Shown here: positions 9,228-19,127 of the stretch, piece by piece
How positions within the stretch are numbered: position 1 is the first letter of the stretch
How the letters are laid out: every line of letters begins with the position of its first letter
Assembly (NCBI GenBank): GCA_965371805.1
Contig: CBDUZW010000005.1
Location: forward strand, 28,926-92,925
Origin: an uncultured bacterium
GTDB taxonomy: Bacteria > Acidobacteriota > Aminicenantia > UBA2199
Direction: 5' to 3'
Length of the DNA: 64,000 nucleotides
Notes under the pieces: generated by a model
The model's input: only the letters and a program-made list of their open reading frames with translations
The model's database searches: none
Told to the model about the DNA's origin: nothing
Program-made: the position numbers and the translations under genes

Positions 9228-9992
9228 ATGAAGACAATTTTAATTACAAATGATGACGGCTACATGTCTGAAGGAATCATTTTACTAACAGAACAACTTC
9301 GGAAAAAATATAATGTTTTTGTTGTCGCTCCAGACAGAGAGAGAAGTGCCATTAGTATGGGTTTAACCTTGAATACCCCATTAAGAATAACACAGGTAGG
9401 AAAACAGAATTTCATTACAACAGGTACTCCAATTGATTGTATTAATCTTGGATTAAAGATTGCACTTCCAGTAAAACCGGATCTTATAGTTTCAGGTATT
9501 AATCATGGAGAAAATGTTTCTGAGGATATTTTTTATTCAGGCACAGTTGCCGGAGCTTTTGCGGGACATCTCCATGAAATAAACTCAATTGCCATTTCTT
9601 TTGCAATCGGAAAAAAGATAAAAACTGTTTCAACGGAACAGTTAAAAGAATCTGCGGTTATTTCTATAAAAGTAATTGATAAAATTATTGAAACAAGTTT
9701 TAATAATAGGGTTTATAATCTTAATATTCCAGTCCCAAATAATGGAACAGTATTAACAACTTATCCTGAAAAAAAAAAATATGTCCCGGATCTAATTGAA
9801 AAAACAGACCCAAGAGGTAGGAAATACTATTGGCTTGGCACCGGCAACCCCCTATACTCAGAAAATTTTGGAAGTGATTCTCATGCTATCAAAAACGGAT
9901 ACATCTCGCTTTCTACACTCAAATATGATCTGAGCTGTAAAGACACAGAATATGGAAAAGTTTTTGAACAAATATCCCAAATTACGGAGTAA
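9228..9992 (+). CDS. surE: 5'/3'-nucleotidase SurE
   Basis: MKTILITNDDGYMSEGI... (NDDG motif), 254 aa, typical SurE length and N-terminus. Confidence 0.85.
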   Translation: MKTILITNDDGYMSEGIILLTEQLRKKYNVFVVAPDRERSAISMGLTLNTPLRITQVGKQNFITTGTPIDCINLGLKIALPVKPDLIVSGINHGENVSEDIFYSGTVAGAFAGHLHEINSIAISFAIGKKIKTVSTEQLKESAVISIKVIDKIIETSFNNRVYNLNIPVPNNGTVLTTYPEKKKYVPDLIEKTDPRGRKYYWLGTGNPLYSENFGSDSHAIKNGYISLSTLKYDLSCKDTEYGKVFEQISQITE

Positions 9993-9997
9993 TTAAT

Positions 9998-10996
9998 ATG
10001 AAAATACTTAACAATCTATTTAATGGAGCAATAATTGGAGTTGCAAATATCATTCCTGGAGTTTCAGGCGGAACAATGGCATTAATACTAGGCTTTTATG
10101 AGAGACTGATTGATGCAATTAATAATATATCCATTCAGACAATAATGATAGTTCTAAAAGCATTTCGATTGAAAAAAGAAAATATCGAAGATCTTAAAGA
10201 AGAGCTTAAACGTATAGATGCTTCTTTTTTAACTACTATATTAATTGGAGCTTTATTTTCAGCTGTATCTTTAGCGAAGCTGATGCCTATACTTTTACAG
10301 GATTTCCATGATCCAACCTATGGATTCTTTTTTGGACTTATCCTTGTTTCTGCCATTTCTCCCTACAAACTTATAAAAAAAAAGAGCCTACCTGTTTTTA
10401 TAATAGCAATAATTGCAATTATTTTAATTGTCTCCGTTACAAATGCAGCATCCGGAGATAAACTTTTAAAAAAGGAACAAAAAAAACTTGAATTGAAACA
10501 GAATAAAATGGTTAAGGAAAACATAAGCCAAGGAGCCAATATTGATATCGGACATCTATTAACTATGTTTGTTTTTGGCGCTATTGGAATATCAGCAATG
10601 ATATTACCCGGAATAAGTGGATCATTTTTACTTCTATTAATGGGTGGGTATATTGATATACTAAACGCAGTTGCAACAAGAAACTTTCCTGTCCTTTTTG
10701 CATTCGCCTTCGGCTGTGTTATTGGGATAGCATTATTCAGCAGACTGATAAATTTTCTTTTAAAAAAATGGCATGATCTTACGATGGGGTTTCTTGTTGG
10801 TCTTGTAACCGGTTCCCTCTGGATGATATGGCCATTTAAAACAACTGCTCTAGTTGGAAAAAAAACTGTATTTCTTTCCAATATGATCCCAAATACAATT
10901 GGCTCAAATGAGTATATTACATTACTGACAACAATTGCAGGTATAGCAATCGTTACAATACTACTTATTGTTGAATCAAAAAGAGAAAAAATATAA
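9998..10996 (+). CDS. DUF368-family polytopic membrane protein (family recently linked to undecaprenyl-phosphate recycling)
   Basis: Internal duplication with IPGVSGGTMALILG in the first half and LPGISGSFLLLLMGG in the second. Many TM segments. Starts 6 nt after the surE stop. Confidence 0.55.
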   Translation: MKILNNLFNGAIIGVANIIPGVSGGTMALILGFYERLIDAINNISIQTIMIVLKAFRLKKENIEDLKEELKRIDASFLTTILIGALFSAVSLAKLMPILLQDFHDPTYGFFFGLILVSAISPYKLIKKKSLPVFIIAIIAIILIVSVTNAASGDKLLKKEQKKLELKQNKMVKENISQGANIDIGHLLTMFVFGAIGISAMILPGISGSFLLLLMGGYIDILNAVATRNFPVLFAFAFGCVIGIALFSRLINFLLKKWHDLTMGFLVGLVTGSLWMIWPFKTTALVGKKTVFLSNMIPNTIGSNEYITLLTTIAGIAIVTILLIVESKREKI

Positions 10997-11020
10997 ATCA
11001 GAATTAAATAATATATGTAG

Positions 11021-11040
11021 AGGCGTTTGGCAAAACGCCC
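11021..11040. terminator. Hairpin between convergent genes (DUF368 + / fbaA -)
   Basis: AGGCGTTT-ggca-AAACGCC(C): 7-8 bp stem. The flanks are only weakly U-rich. Confidence 0.35.
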
Positions 11041-11073
11041 TTATGGTGTCATAAAACGCAGATGGAGTATTTA

Positions 11074-12147
11074 TTAATTCCTGTTTATCGCATTGAGGTC
11101 TTCAAAAGCTATCTTTAACCTTTCTACCATAGATTTTTCTGCCTCTCTTACCCATACCCTTGGATCGTATTTTTTCTTATTCGGTTTGTCCGGACCTTCA
11201 GGATTCCCTATTTGAGACTGGAGATAAGCTTCATTTTTTTTATAGTGCTCCATAACGCCATGCCAGAAGGCCCATTGTGTATCTGTATCAATATTCATCT
11301 TAATTACACCATACGAGATAGCTTCTCTAATTTCATCTCTGCTTGAGCCTGATCCTCCATGAAAAACAAAATCAACTTCATTTTGTGCAGTTTGAAATTT
11401 TTCTCTAATAAAAGACTGGCTGTTCTTCAATATTTTTGGCTCCAACTTTACATTACCGGGTTTATAAACACCGTGTACATTACCAAACGAAGCTGCAATA
11501 GTAAATTGATCACTTATCTTTTTTAAATTTTCATAAGAATATGCCACATCCTCTGGTTGAGTGTATAATAAACTATTATCAACCTCTGTGTTATCAACTC
11601 CATCCTCTTCACCGCCGGTAACGCCAAGTTCAATTTCAAGGGTCATTCCCATGTTTTTCATTCTTTTCAGGTACTGCCCACTAATCGAAATATTGTCCTC
11701 CAGACTCTCTTCTGAAAGATCCAGCATATGGGAGCTGAATAAGGGCTTACCTGTTCTATTAAAATACTCTTCTCCATATTCAAGCATGCCATCGATCCAG
11801 GGTAGAAGTTTTTTAGCAGCATGGTCTGTATGAAGGATCACCGAAACACCATAAGCTTCTGCAAGGGTATTTACATGAAGAGCACCTGAAATTGCACCAA
11901 GAATGGCTGCATTTTGTCCTTCATTTGATAGGGATTTCCCACCGAGAAACTGAGCACCACTATTTGAAAACTGTATAATTATCGGAGAGTTAACCTCTCT
12001 TGCAACCTCAAGAGCTGCATTTATTGAATGAGTCCCAATCGTGTTTACTGCGGGTAATGCAAAATCATTATCCTTTGCAAACCTTAAAACTTTCTGTACA
12101 TCCTTACCTGATACAACACCGGGTTTAACTAAATCTGACACTCCCAT
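11074..12147 (-). CDS. fbaA: Fructose-bisphosphate aldolase, class II
   Basis: MGVSDLVKPGVVSGKDVQKVLRFAKDNDFALPAVNTIGTHSINAALEVAREVNSPIIIQFSNSGAQF is near-collinear with E. coli FbaA; 357 aa. Confidence 0.9.
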   Translation of the reverse strand: MGVSDLVKPGVVSGKDVQKVLRFAKDNDFALPAVNTIGTHSINAALEVAREVNSPIIIQFSNSGAQFLGGKSLSNEGQNAAILGAISGALHVNTLAEAYGVSVILHTDHAAKKLLPWIDGMLEYGEEYFNRTGKPLFSSHMLDLSEESLEDNISISGQYLKRMKNMGMTLEIELGVTGGEEDGVDNTEVDNSLLYTQPEDVAYSYENLKKISDQFTIAASFGNVHGVYKPGNVKLEPKILKNSQSFIREKFQTAQNEVDFVFHGGSGSSRDEIREAISYGVIKMNIDTDTQWAFWHGVMEHYKKNEAYLQSQIGNPEGPDKPNKKKYDPRVWVREAEKSMVERLKIAFEDLNAINRN

Positions 12148-12173
12148 TTTCCCCTCCTATATTATCTTTATTT

Positions 12174-12202
12174 ATAATAAAATTAAAAAATAAAAAAGTC
12201 AA
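12174..12202 (-). promoter_or_regulatory. Sigma70-type promoter for fbaA (TTGACT-17-TATTAT)
   Basis: Reverse complement of 12174-12202 is TTGACT tttttattttttaattt TATTAT. Downstream GGAGGGG RBS before the ATG at 12147. Confidence 0.55.
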
Positions 12203-12436
12203 TATTTAAAAGTTATTGATTTAATATAAATTACCAGGGGATTAAAAAAAATGAGCCCTATTCCCGGACAAAAACTGTAAAAACCGTGTTTTGTAGTCCA
12301 AACCACTACAAAAAAAGTCAAACTTTCCCTACAGATTTTTTTTACAAATTATAATATACATATATTGGATGAAAAATGATTAATAATATACATATTTTAA
12401 ATTATTTGTTGTGTTCAAAAAACATAGGAGGATAAA

Positions 12437-13693
12437 TTGAATAAAAAATTTATTTTAATGATCTTTTTTTGTGCATTAGTATTTTTGCCAACATATACAT
12501 TTGGGGATAATACTAAAAACAGTAAACCTGAAGATGAGATTATTGTACTGAAAAAAGAGATAAGGGAGTTAAAACTGATACTTCAGAAACTATTGCAAAC
12601 TCTACCTCCTTCTCAAACAGAAAAATTTTCACAAATCATTAAGAAACTAGAAAAATCCTTAGAGAAAAAAGAAAACAGGGAAGTCAACTCTGATTCTACA
12701 AGGAAAATCAACAGGTTAAAACAGAAGATCGAAGATGTAAAAGAAGAGCTAAAAGAGCTGAGTGGCGGCGTTCAGTTCAGTGGCTTTTTTGACGTTTCTG
12801 TCTCTACCTACAAAAACAATCCAAATATTTTTGCTCTTGGAGATTTTGAGCTTGATATTGAAAAATCATTTGGAGAAAATTTCCAGGTAGCTGCTGCGCT
12901 GGTTTTTAATGATGATGGTGCAGAACTGGCAGTAGGATTTATTGATTTCCATCTCTTTGGAGGAGCTATAGCTGCTCGTGGTAGATTGTTCACACAAAAG
13001 GGACTTCATATTCAAATCGGCCGATACGATGTCCCCTTTGGAAACGACTGGCAGTATTATGCTTCAGTAGACAGGAAATCTATAACTGCACCCCTGACGA
13101 CTGAGTTTGTCATGGATGGTGGATATAATGATGTTGGTTTACGTATTCTTAGAGGAGCAGTATCTCATAATTATACCCTATACATGTTAAGAGGAATTGA
13201 AGAAGGGTTCTCTTTTGGGGGCAGATTTGGATTAACACCTTTTAACAACCCATATTCTTTGAAGAAGAAAGAATTACAGCAGCTGGAACTTGGTATTTCC
13301 TATATATATGACCAGGGACGTGATGGAAACCGTGAAGAAAAAGCCCTTGCATTTGATTTTGAGAGTGCTATTGGACCGTTTCATTTGCGTGGCGAGTATA
13401 TGAAGAGAGACAATGATATTGATGGAGTTTACTACTCCGGCTTTCATATTTCAGCAGTAATGGATGCAGGAAAAATCATCGATATACCAATAACTCTTTT
13501 TGGTCGCTATGACTGGTTTCAAAGTGAATTAAATGATGTGGAAGAGAAGAATGTCTTGAGCAGGATAACTGCCGGGCTTCATTTTGATCTATTCGAAATT
13601 GCTGTTTTAAAATTTGAATTTCACCATTTTCTTCAAGATAACGAAGAATTTGAAGGAAATTCATTTTTTGCTCAAATAGTTATTACCTTTTAG
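12437..13693 (+). CDS. Outer-membrane beta-barrel (porin-like) protein with N-terminal coiled-coil
   Basis: Signal peptide. Heptad K/E-rich coiled coil at residues ~30-110. Alternating-hydrophobic beta-strand pattern. C-terminus ...FFAQIVITF with a terminal Phe, the OMP signature. Confidence 0.45.
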   Translation: MNKKFILMIFFCALVFLPTYTFGDNTKNSKPEDEIIVLKKEIRELKLILQKLLQTLPPSQTEKFSQIIKKLEKSLEKKENREVNSDSTRKINRLKQKIEDVKEELKELSGGVQFSGFFDVSVSTYKNNPNIFALGDFELDIEKSFGENFQVAAALVFNDDGAELAVGFIDFHLFGGAIAARGRLFTQKGLHIQIGRYDVPFGNDWQYYASVDRKSITAPLTTEFVMDGGYNDVGLRILRGAVSHNYTLYMLRGIEEGFSFGGRFGLTPFNNPYSLKKKELQQLELGISYIYDQGRDGNREEKALAFDFESAIGPFHLRGEYMKRDNDIDGVYYSGFHISAVMDAGKIIDIPITLFGRYDWFQSELNDVEEKNVLSRITAGLHFDLFEIAVLKFEFHHFLQDNEEFEGNSFFAQIVITF

Positions 13694-13702
13694 GAGATAA
13701 AA

Positions 13703-14191
13703 ATGTATGTAAAAAAATTATTGAGATGGTTGATTTTTATTATTGGTTTCTGCAGTTTTATTATCACCTTTAATTTTGCACAATCTGACAAAACGGTTAA
13801 AATTGATAACGAAACTGTTAAAGTCATGCCTTTTGTAAAAGATAATTCATCCTGTCTGGAGTGTCATTCATCAAATGAACTTGAAGCAAAGGGTAATGAT
13901 CTGACCAAAAGCTGTAATACTTTCTGCAATAAATGTCATAATGAAAAACTGGATGATTCACATCATAAGGTAGGAATGGAGATCAGCTTTAAGATCCCAC
14001 CAGATATTGCTCTATTTGAGAATAAGCTGGCATGTGTCTCATGTCATGATCTTAAAAACCAGAGATTTTCAAAAGAGCCTTGGAAATCACAGAGTCTATT
14101 TGGAAGAATGTTCAAGGGTAAATCAAAATATAAGTCCTATTATCTGATATTAAATAATAGGAAAGGCAAACTTTGTAAATATTGTCATTAA
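13703..14191 (+). CDS. Small membrane-anchored tetraheme c-type cytochrome
   Basis: 162 aa. N-terminal hydrophobic anchor. Four CxxCH motifs: CLECH, CNKCH, CVSCH, CKYCH. Confidence 0.65.
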   Translation: MYVKKLLRWLIFIIGFCSFIITFNFAQSDKTVKIDNETVKVMPFVKDNSSCLECHSSNELEAKGNDLTKSCNTFCNKCHNEKLDDSHHKVGMEISFKIPPDIALFENKLACVSCHDLKNQRFSKEPWKSQSLFGRMFKGKSKYKSYYLILNNRKGKLCKYCH

Positions 14192-14203
14192 TAATAAAAT
14201 CAC

Positions 14204-14755
14204 ATGGAGGAAAAAATGAGTGAAGAAAAAAGAAAAATTAAATTAATTAACAGGGACTTTCAGTATAAGTTAATGGCTAAATTTATATTAATAAATGGCT
14301 TAATTTTAGCTCTTTTTGGAGCTATTATTTATGTTTTTTTTAATAGCGAAATAGATACTAACTTAAAATCAGCTACAGCGGCCTATTCCAGTGTAGCTCA
14401 GATGCTTCTACCTATAATTGTGACTTTGTCTGTATTGGCAATATTGATCACATCAATTATAATTATTATGGTTGTATTAAATGCATCACATAAAATTGCA
14501 GGTCCACTCTTTCGCTTCAATAAAGCGCTCAATGAAATTGAAAATAAAAACCTTAAACCATATTCCAATATCAGGGCTAAAGATCAGTTAGGTGGATTAG
14601 CCGATTCGTTTTCAAAAATGACCGATGTTCTCGCTTCTGATGTTTCGAAAATGAAGGAGTTAACCTTGGAACTATCAAATACAGTTATAGACCCAAAGGG
14701 AAAAGAATTGGTTGAAGAATTGTATAAATTAATTTTAAGCTATAAATTAGACTAA
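14204..14755 (+). CDS. TM-TM-HAMP-only membrane protein
   Basis: Two TM helices (FILINGLILALFGAIIYVFF; LLPIIVTLSVLAILITSIIIIMVV). HAMP-like HKIAGPLFRFNKALNEIENKNLKPYSNIRAKDQLGGLADSFSKMTDVL. No output domain. Confidence 0.5.
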   Translation: MEEKMSEEKRKIKLINRDFQYKLMAKFILINGLILALFGAIIYVFFNSEIDTNLKSATAAYSSVAQMLLPIIVTLSVLAILITSIIIIMVVLNASHKIAGPLFRFNKALNEIENKNLKPYSNIRAKDQLGGLADSFSKMTDVLASDVSKMKELTLELSNTVIDPKGKELVEELYKLILSYKLD

Positions 14756-14770
14756 AAAAGGAGAAAAAAA

Positions 14771-15562
14771 ATGAGAAATTTTAAGACAGTGATCTATTCA
14801 TTTGTTTTAGTTATTCTGGGAGTTATGTTCTCAACAAATTTACCTGGAGAATCTAAAGTAAAAAAATCAAGTCCTGATCAGACTATAAAGCAGCTTAAAG
14901 CTGGAAATGAAAGGTTTGTTGAAGGAAAAAGTATACATCCACATACAAATTCTGCCCGTTTAAAACAGGCCGGGACAGAAAACCAGGGAGATCATGCTTA
15001 TGCAACTGTTATTACCTGTTCAGATTCCAGAGTACCGGTAGAGCTTTTATTTGATGCAGGCGTTATGGATATTTTTGTTATCAGGGTTGCCGGCAATGTC
15101 TGTGATGTAGATGAGATAGGATCAATAGAATATGGGCTAGCCCATGTAAATACTCCAGTACTTGTTGTTCTAGGCCACACTCAGTGTGGAGCTGTAACTG
15201 CTGTTACTCATGCTGTTCATGGAACTGGACATGCTTTAGAAAGAAATATTCCTCCTCTAGTAGATAATATTGAGCCTGCAGTACGCCGTGCGATATCTGC
15301 TCATCCTGATGTCAAAGGGAATAATATTATTCCATATGCCATAGAAGAAAATGTCTGGCAGGGTATTGAGGATCTGTTTATGGAGAGTCCTTCGACTAGA
15401 AATCTGGTAAAACAGGGCAAAACTAAGGTTGTTGGAGCTATTTATGATGTCGGCACAGGAAAGGTACATTGGCTGTCAGAATTAACAGTTCAAAACATAC
15501 TTAATAAAGTAAACTCCTCATCAAAAAGAGCAATGAATGCAATGGCAAAAAGTGGCCATTAG
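14771..15562 (+). CDS. Secreted beta-class carbonic anhydrase
   Basis: Signal peptide. Beta-CA zinc-ligand motifs CSDSRV and GHTQCGAV. 263 aa. About 88% identical to the N-terminal domain of the next ORF, a tandem duplicate. Confidence 0.75.
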   Translation: MRNFKTVIYSFVLVILGVMFSTNLPGESKVKKSSPDQTIKQLKAGNERFVEGKSIHPHTNSARLKQAGTENQGDHAYATVITCSDSRVPVELLFDAGVMDIFVIRVAGNVCDVDEIGSIEYGLAHVNTPVLVVLGHTQCGAVTAVTHAVHGTGHALERNIPPLVDNIEPAVRRAISAHPDVKGNNIIPYAIEENVWQGIEDLFMESPSTRNLVKQGKTKVVGAIYDVGTGKVHWLSELTVQNILNKVNSSSKRAMNAMAKSGH

Positions 15563-15580
15563 AAGTAAGGAGAGATTAGT

Positions 15581-18331
15581 ATGAAGAGTATAAATAAAAA
15601 TATATTTTTAGTTATTATGATTTTATTATTTAGTTCAACAATCTTACAACTTTTTGGGGAGAGTACATCAAAAAAACCAAGTCCGGATGAAATAATCAGA
15701 ATGTTAAAGGATGGAAACAACAGATTTGCTACAGACAAAGGAATCTACCCCAATATAAGTACAGCCCGTCTAAGGCAGGCAGGTACTGAAAACCAGGGAA
15801 ATCATGCATATGCGACTGTAATCACATGTTCAGATTCCAGGGTACCTGTAGAGCTTCTATTTGATGCAGGAGTTATGGATATTTTTGTTATCCGTGTTGC
15901 AGGTAATGTATGCGATGTGGACGAAGTCGGATCGATCGAATATGGCCTTGCACATGTAAATACTCCCGTCCTTGTTGTTCTTGGTCATAAACAGTGTGGG
16001 GATGTGACTGCTGTAACTCATGCTGTTTTTGGTACAGGACATGCACTTGAACGTAATATACCACCACTGGTAGACAATATCGAACCGGCAGTCCGCCGTG
16101 CAATCTCCGCTCACTCAGATATTAAAGGGGATAATATTATTCCTTATGCAATTGTAGAGAATGTCTGGCAGGGTATAGATGACCTTTTTATGAAAAGCCC
16201 TTCAACCAGAAATCTTGTCCAGAGTGGAAAAGTCAAGGTAGTAGGAGCGATTTATGATGTTGGGACCGGAAAGGTGGAGTGGCTTCCACAATCGAAAACT
16301 GATCAAATCCTGAGAAAGGTAAATTTGTCCTCAGGACGTGCGATTGAACCAATGGCAGGATCTGAACATAAGTCAGGAAAGGATAAAACTACTTCCCATG
16401 AAGTAAAAAGTGAACATGAAACAAAAAATGTAAGTCAGGGTACAACAAGTGCTCATAAGGAAAGCAGTTATATAAAAAAAGATATATTAAGCAAATCGAA
16501 AAGAGCCCAGAGCAGAGATTCCGGTTACTCTGCAATCACCTGGCTATTTATTTTTCTTGGAATAACATTTGCCGGAGGAATCTTATTATTTATATTTAAA
16601 GGAGGCGAGAATATGAGTATAAAAAATTTAAAAGTAGGCACCAAGATCTTTGGCATGGTATTGATAATCTTAATTTTCTTAGTAATAACTACAATAGTAA
16701 GTATAGGAAAGTTGGGTTCTATTGGCGAAGAGATAAAACAGATTGCACATGAGGATATACCTTTAATTGAGTCTATAACAAAGGTTACAATGCATCAATT
16801 GGAGCAGTCGGTCTTGTTTGAAAGGGCACTGCGGTTTGGTGAGACCAAAAACAAAGAGGGTCTCAAAGAGGCAGAAAAAGAATTCGAAAAAATTTCAAGT
16901 TTAGTTGATGAAGAAATTAAAGAAGCCGAAAAGGTGGCGGAAGAGGCAGTAAAGAAATCCTTACATCCTGAAGAAAAAAAAGAATTCGAAGATATTTCAG
17001 ATCAACTTAAGGTAATCGAAAAGGAACATGGCAATTATGAGAGACATGTTGCAGAAGTATTTGAATTTCTCAACCGGGGAGAGCTTCATAAGGCAGAGGC
17101 AAAATCTGAAAATATTGAAAAGGAAGAGAAACAGTTGAATGAGGAATTGGGGAAACTCCTAAATGAAATTGAAAAATTTACCGAAAATTCTACATTAACC
17201 GCTGAAAAAGATGAAAAAGCTGCAGTAAAGTTTATTCTAATTCTAGGTTTCTTTGCAGTAATAATTGGTTCATTGCTGGGATTTTTTATAACCAGAATGA
17301 TCACTGTTCCAATAAGAAAAGCTATGAATATAGCAGATGACCTTGCCAAAGGTGATCTGAGTATGGAAATAGTGGAAATGGGAAAAGATGAGACGGGACA
17401 ATTAATGGCATCCCTAAAACTTATGGTTGAAAATTTGAGGGGCATAGTGTTTGAAATACAGACAGCCTCTGAAAATGTTGCTTCGGGCAGTGAAGAGTTG
17501 AGTGCATCGGCTCAATCTTTAGCCGAAGGTTCAACAGAACAGGCTTCATCAGCAGAGGAGATATCCTCTTCAATGGAAGAGATGGGAGCAAATATACAAC
17601 AGAATACAGATAACGCAAACCAGACTGAAAAACTATCAACAAAAGCATCTGCAAATGCAAAGGATAGCGGGGAAGCAGTAACCGAAGCAACTTCAGCAAT
17701 GAAAGAGATAGCCGGCAAGATAAATATAATTCAGGAGATAGCCAGACAGACCAATCTGCTTGCCTTGAATGCAGCAATTGAAGCTGCAAGAGCAGGGGAA
17801 CACGGAAAGGGATTTGCAGTTGTTGCCTCAGAAGTCAGAAAACTGGCTGAAAGAAGTCAGAGTGCTGCTGAAGAGATAACCGAACTTACCAAGAATAGTC
17901 TCGGAGTTGCGGAGAAAGCTGGAGAAATGTTAAATATCCTTGTTCCCGATATTGGCAAAACAGCTGATCTGGTTTCAGAAATAACTGCATCAAGTACCGA
18001 ACAGAATCAGGGAGCGGGTCAGATCGTAAAGGCCATAAATGAGCTTGATAAAGTTGTGCAGGCTAATGCAGGTTCGTCAGAGGAGATGGCATCAACATCA
18101 GAGGAACTTTCATCCCAGGCACAGCAGTTACAATCAACAATATCATTTTTTAATATTGGCAATGAAAGATCACGAGCACAAACCTCTTTCCAGCAGAAAA
18201 GAGCCCCTCAAACTCCAGCAAGAGCAACTATGGTTCAACCTGCAAAGCAGCTGAAACCAAAAACAGGTGGAATGAAACTTGACATGGGATCAGGCACAGA
18301 CAAAGAAGATGGTGATTTTGAGAGATTTTAA
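15581..18331 (+). CDS. Beta-carbonic anhydrase domain fused in frame to a methyl-accepting chemotaxis protein (signal peptide-CA-TM | TM-4HB-like-TM-HAMP-MCP signalling domain). Alternatively two genes with no intervening stop: CA 15581..~16610 and MCP from ATG 16614
   Basis: N-terminal 250 aa duplicates the upstream CA ([14 protein letters not shown]). Then a linker, [23 protein letters not shown], and an internal AAAGGAGG-N6-ATG at 16614 giving the MCP-like start [21 protein letters not shown] ~190-aa helical periplasmic domain, TM, HAMP ([17 protein letters not shown]...), and the canonical MCP core [41 protein letters not shown]. Confidence 0.7.
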   Translation: MKSINKNIFLVIMILLFSSTILQLFGESTSKKPSPDEIIRMLKDGNNRFATDKGIYPNISTARLRQAGTENQGNHAYATVITCSDSRVPVELLFDAGVMDIFVIRVAGNVCDVDEVGSIEYGLAHVNTPVLVVLGHKQCGDVTAVTHAVFGTGHALERNIPPLVDNIEPAVRRAISAHSDIKGDNIIPYAIVENVWQGIDDLFMKSPSTRNLVQSGKVKVVGAIYDVGTGKVEWLPQSKTDQILRKVNLSSGRAIEPMAGSEHKSGKDKTTSHEVKSEHETKNVSQGTTSAHKESSYIKKDILSKSKRAQSRDSGYSAITWLFIFLGITFAGGILLFIFKGGENMSIKNLKVGTKIFGMVLIILIFLVITTIVSIGKLGSIGEEIKQIAHEDIPLIESITKVTMHQLEQSVLFERALRFGETKNKEGLKEAEKEFEKISSLVDEEIKEAEKVAEEAVKKSLHPEEKKEFEDISDQLKVIEKEHGNYERHVAEVFEFLNRGELHKAEAKSENIEKEEKQLNEELGKLLNEIEKFTENSTLTAEKDEKAAVKFILILGFFAVIIGSLLGFFITRMITVPIRKAMNIADDLAKGDLSMEIVEMGKDETGQLMASLKLMVENLRGIVFEIQTASENVASGSEELSASAQSLAEGSTEQASSAEEISSSMEEMGANIQQNTDNANQTEKLSTKASANAKDSGEAVTEATSAMKEIAGKINIIQEIARQTNLLALNAAIEAARAGEHGKGFAVVASEVRKLAERSQSAAEEITELTKNSLGVAEKAGEMLNILVPDIGKTADLVSEITASSTEQNQGAGQIVKAINELDKVVQANAGSSEEMASTSEELSSQAQQLQSTISFFNIGNERSRAQTSFQQKRAPQTPARATMVQPAKQLKPKTGGMKLDMGSGTDKEDGDFERF

Positions 18332-18393
18332 AAAGACTTATTGACATTTAAGGATGCAAAGTTTAAAGTATTTATTTAAAATTTATAATTAAT

Positions 18394-18424
18394 AAAAGGG
18401 TAGATATTTTGTCTGCCCTTTTTA
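18394..18424 (+). terminator. Rho-independent terminator after the MCP gene
   Basis: aaaaGGGTAGA-tattttg-TCTGCCCttttt: 7-bp stem with one G.U pair, followed by a T5 tract. Confidence 0.6.
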
Positions 18425-18439
18425 AGGAAGGAGAAAATA

Positions 18440-18928
18440 ATGGAAAAAAATGAATTAATTGATGACGGACAATTATTCACATTTATGTTGAGTAATGAAA
18501 TATATGGAATAGAAATATCTAAAGTCCGTGAGGTTATGGACTTTAAGAAGATAACAACAGTACCGAAGACGCCTGATTTCATGAAGGGCGTGATTAATCT
18601 CCGGGGAGGTGTTGTTCCTGTTATTGATCTGAGATTAAAATTCGGGATGGATGAGACAGAAAAAACCGTTGATACCTGTATCATTATTGTTGATATAACA
18701 GTTGATGGAGAAAAGACCTTTATCGGTGCTTTGGCGGATTCGGTAAAAGAGGTTATTACTATTGAGCCGGAGAATATTGAACCTGCACCAAAGATAGGGA
18801 CAAAACTCGATACGGATTTTATTAAAGGCATGGGTAAACATGATGATGAATTTGTAATAGTTCTGGATATAGAAAAAATATTTACAACAGAAGAACTTGT
18901 AGCCGTAAAAGAGATAGCTAAGGATTAA
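18440..18928 (+). CDS. cheW: Chemotaxis coupling protein CheW
   Basis: 162 aa; QLFTFMLSNEIYGIEISKVREVM...KGVINLRGGVVPVIDLRLKFG is the CheW signature. RBS AAGGAAGGAG. Confidence 0.85.
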   Translation: MEKNELIDDGQLFTFMLSNEIYGIEISKVREVMDFKKITTVPKTPDFMKGVINLRGGVVPVIDLRLKFGMDETEKTVDTCIIIVDITVDGEKTFIGALADSVKEVITIEPENIEPAPKIGTKLDTDFIKGMGKHDDEFVIVLDIEKIFTTEELVAVKEIAKD

Positions 18929-18951
18929 CAAAACAATTCTAATACATTAAA

Positions 18952-18974
18952 CAGGGCGTATAGAATACGCCCTG
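18952..18974 (+). terminator. Strong hairpin after cheW (CAGGGCGTA-tagaa-TACGCCCTG)
   Basis: Perfect 9-bp GC-rich stem. The downstream tract is A-rich rather than T-rich, so intrinsic-terminator function is uncertain. Confidence 0.4.
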
Positions 18975-19127
18975 AATTAAAAACATTAAATCACAGAAGG
19001 TCTTATCAATATCAATAAATTGCATTTTATATGCCAATATACTTGATGAGGCAAATAATCTATCAAAAAACCTTCCCTCATTTTAACTATTAATGTATAA
19101 TTATAAAACCTGATTATTGGAGCATAA

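Noticed and set aside
15857-18254. Antisense or overlapping ORFs inside the CA-MCP gene (15857..16114, 15888..16103, 17086..17445, 17421..17789, 17512..17718, 18039..18254).
   Set aside because: They are embedded in a gene with strong domain evidence on the opposite strand or frame. The MCP coding region is compositionally biased (Ala/Glu/Ser-rich), which keeps alternative frames open by chance.
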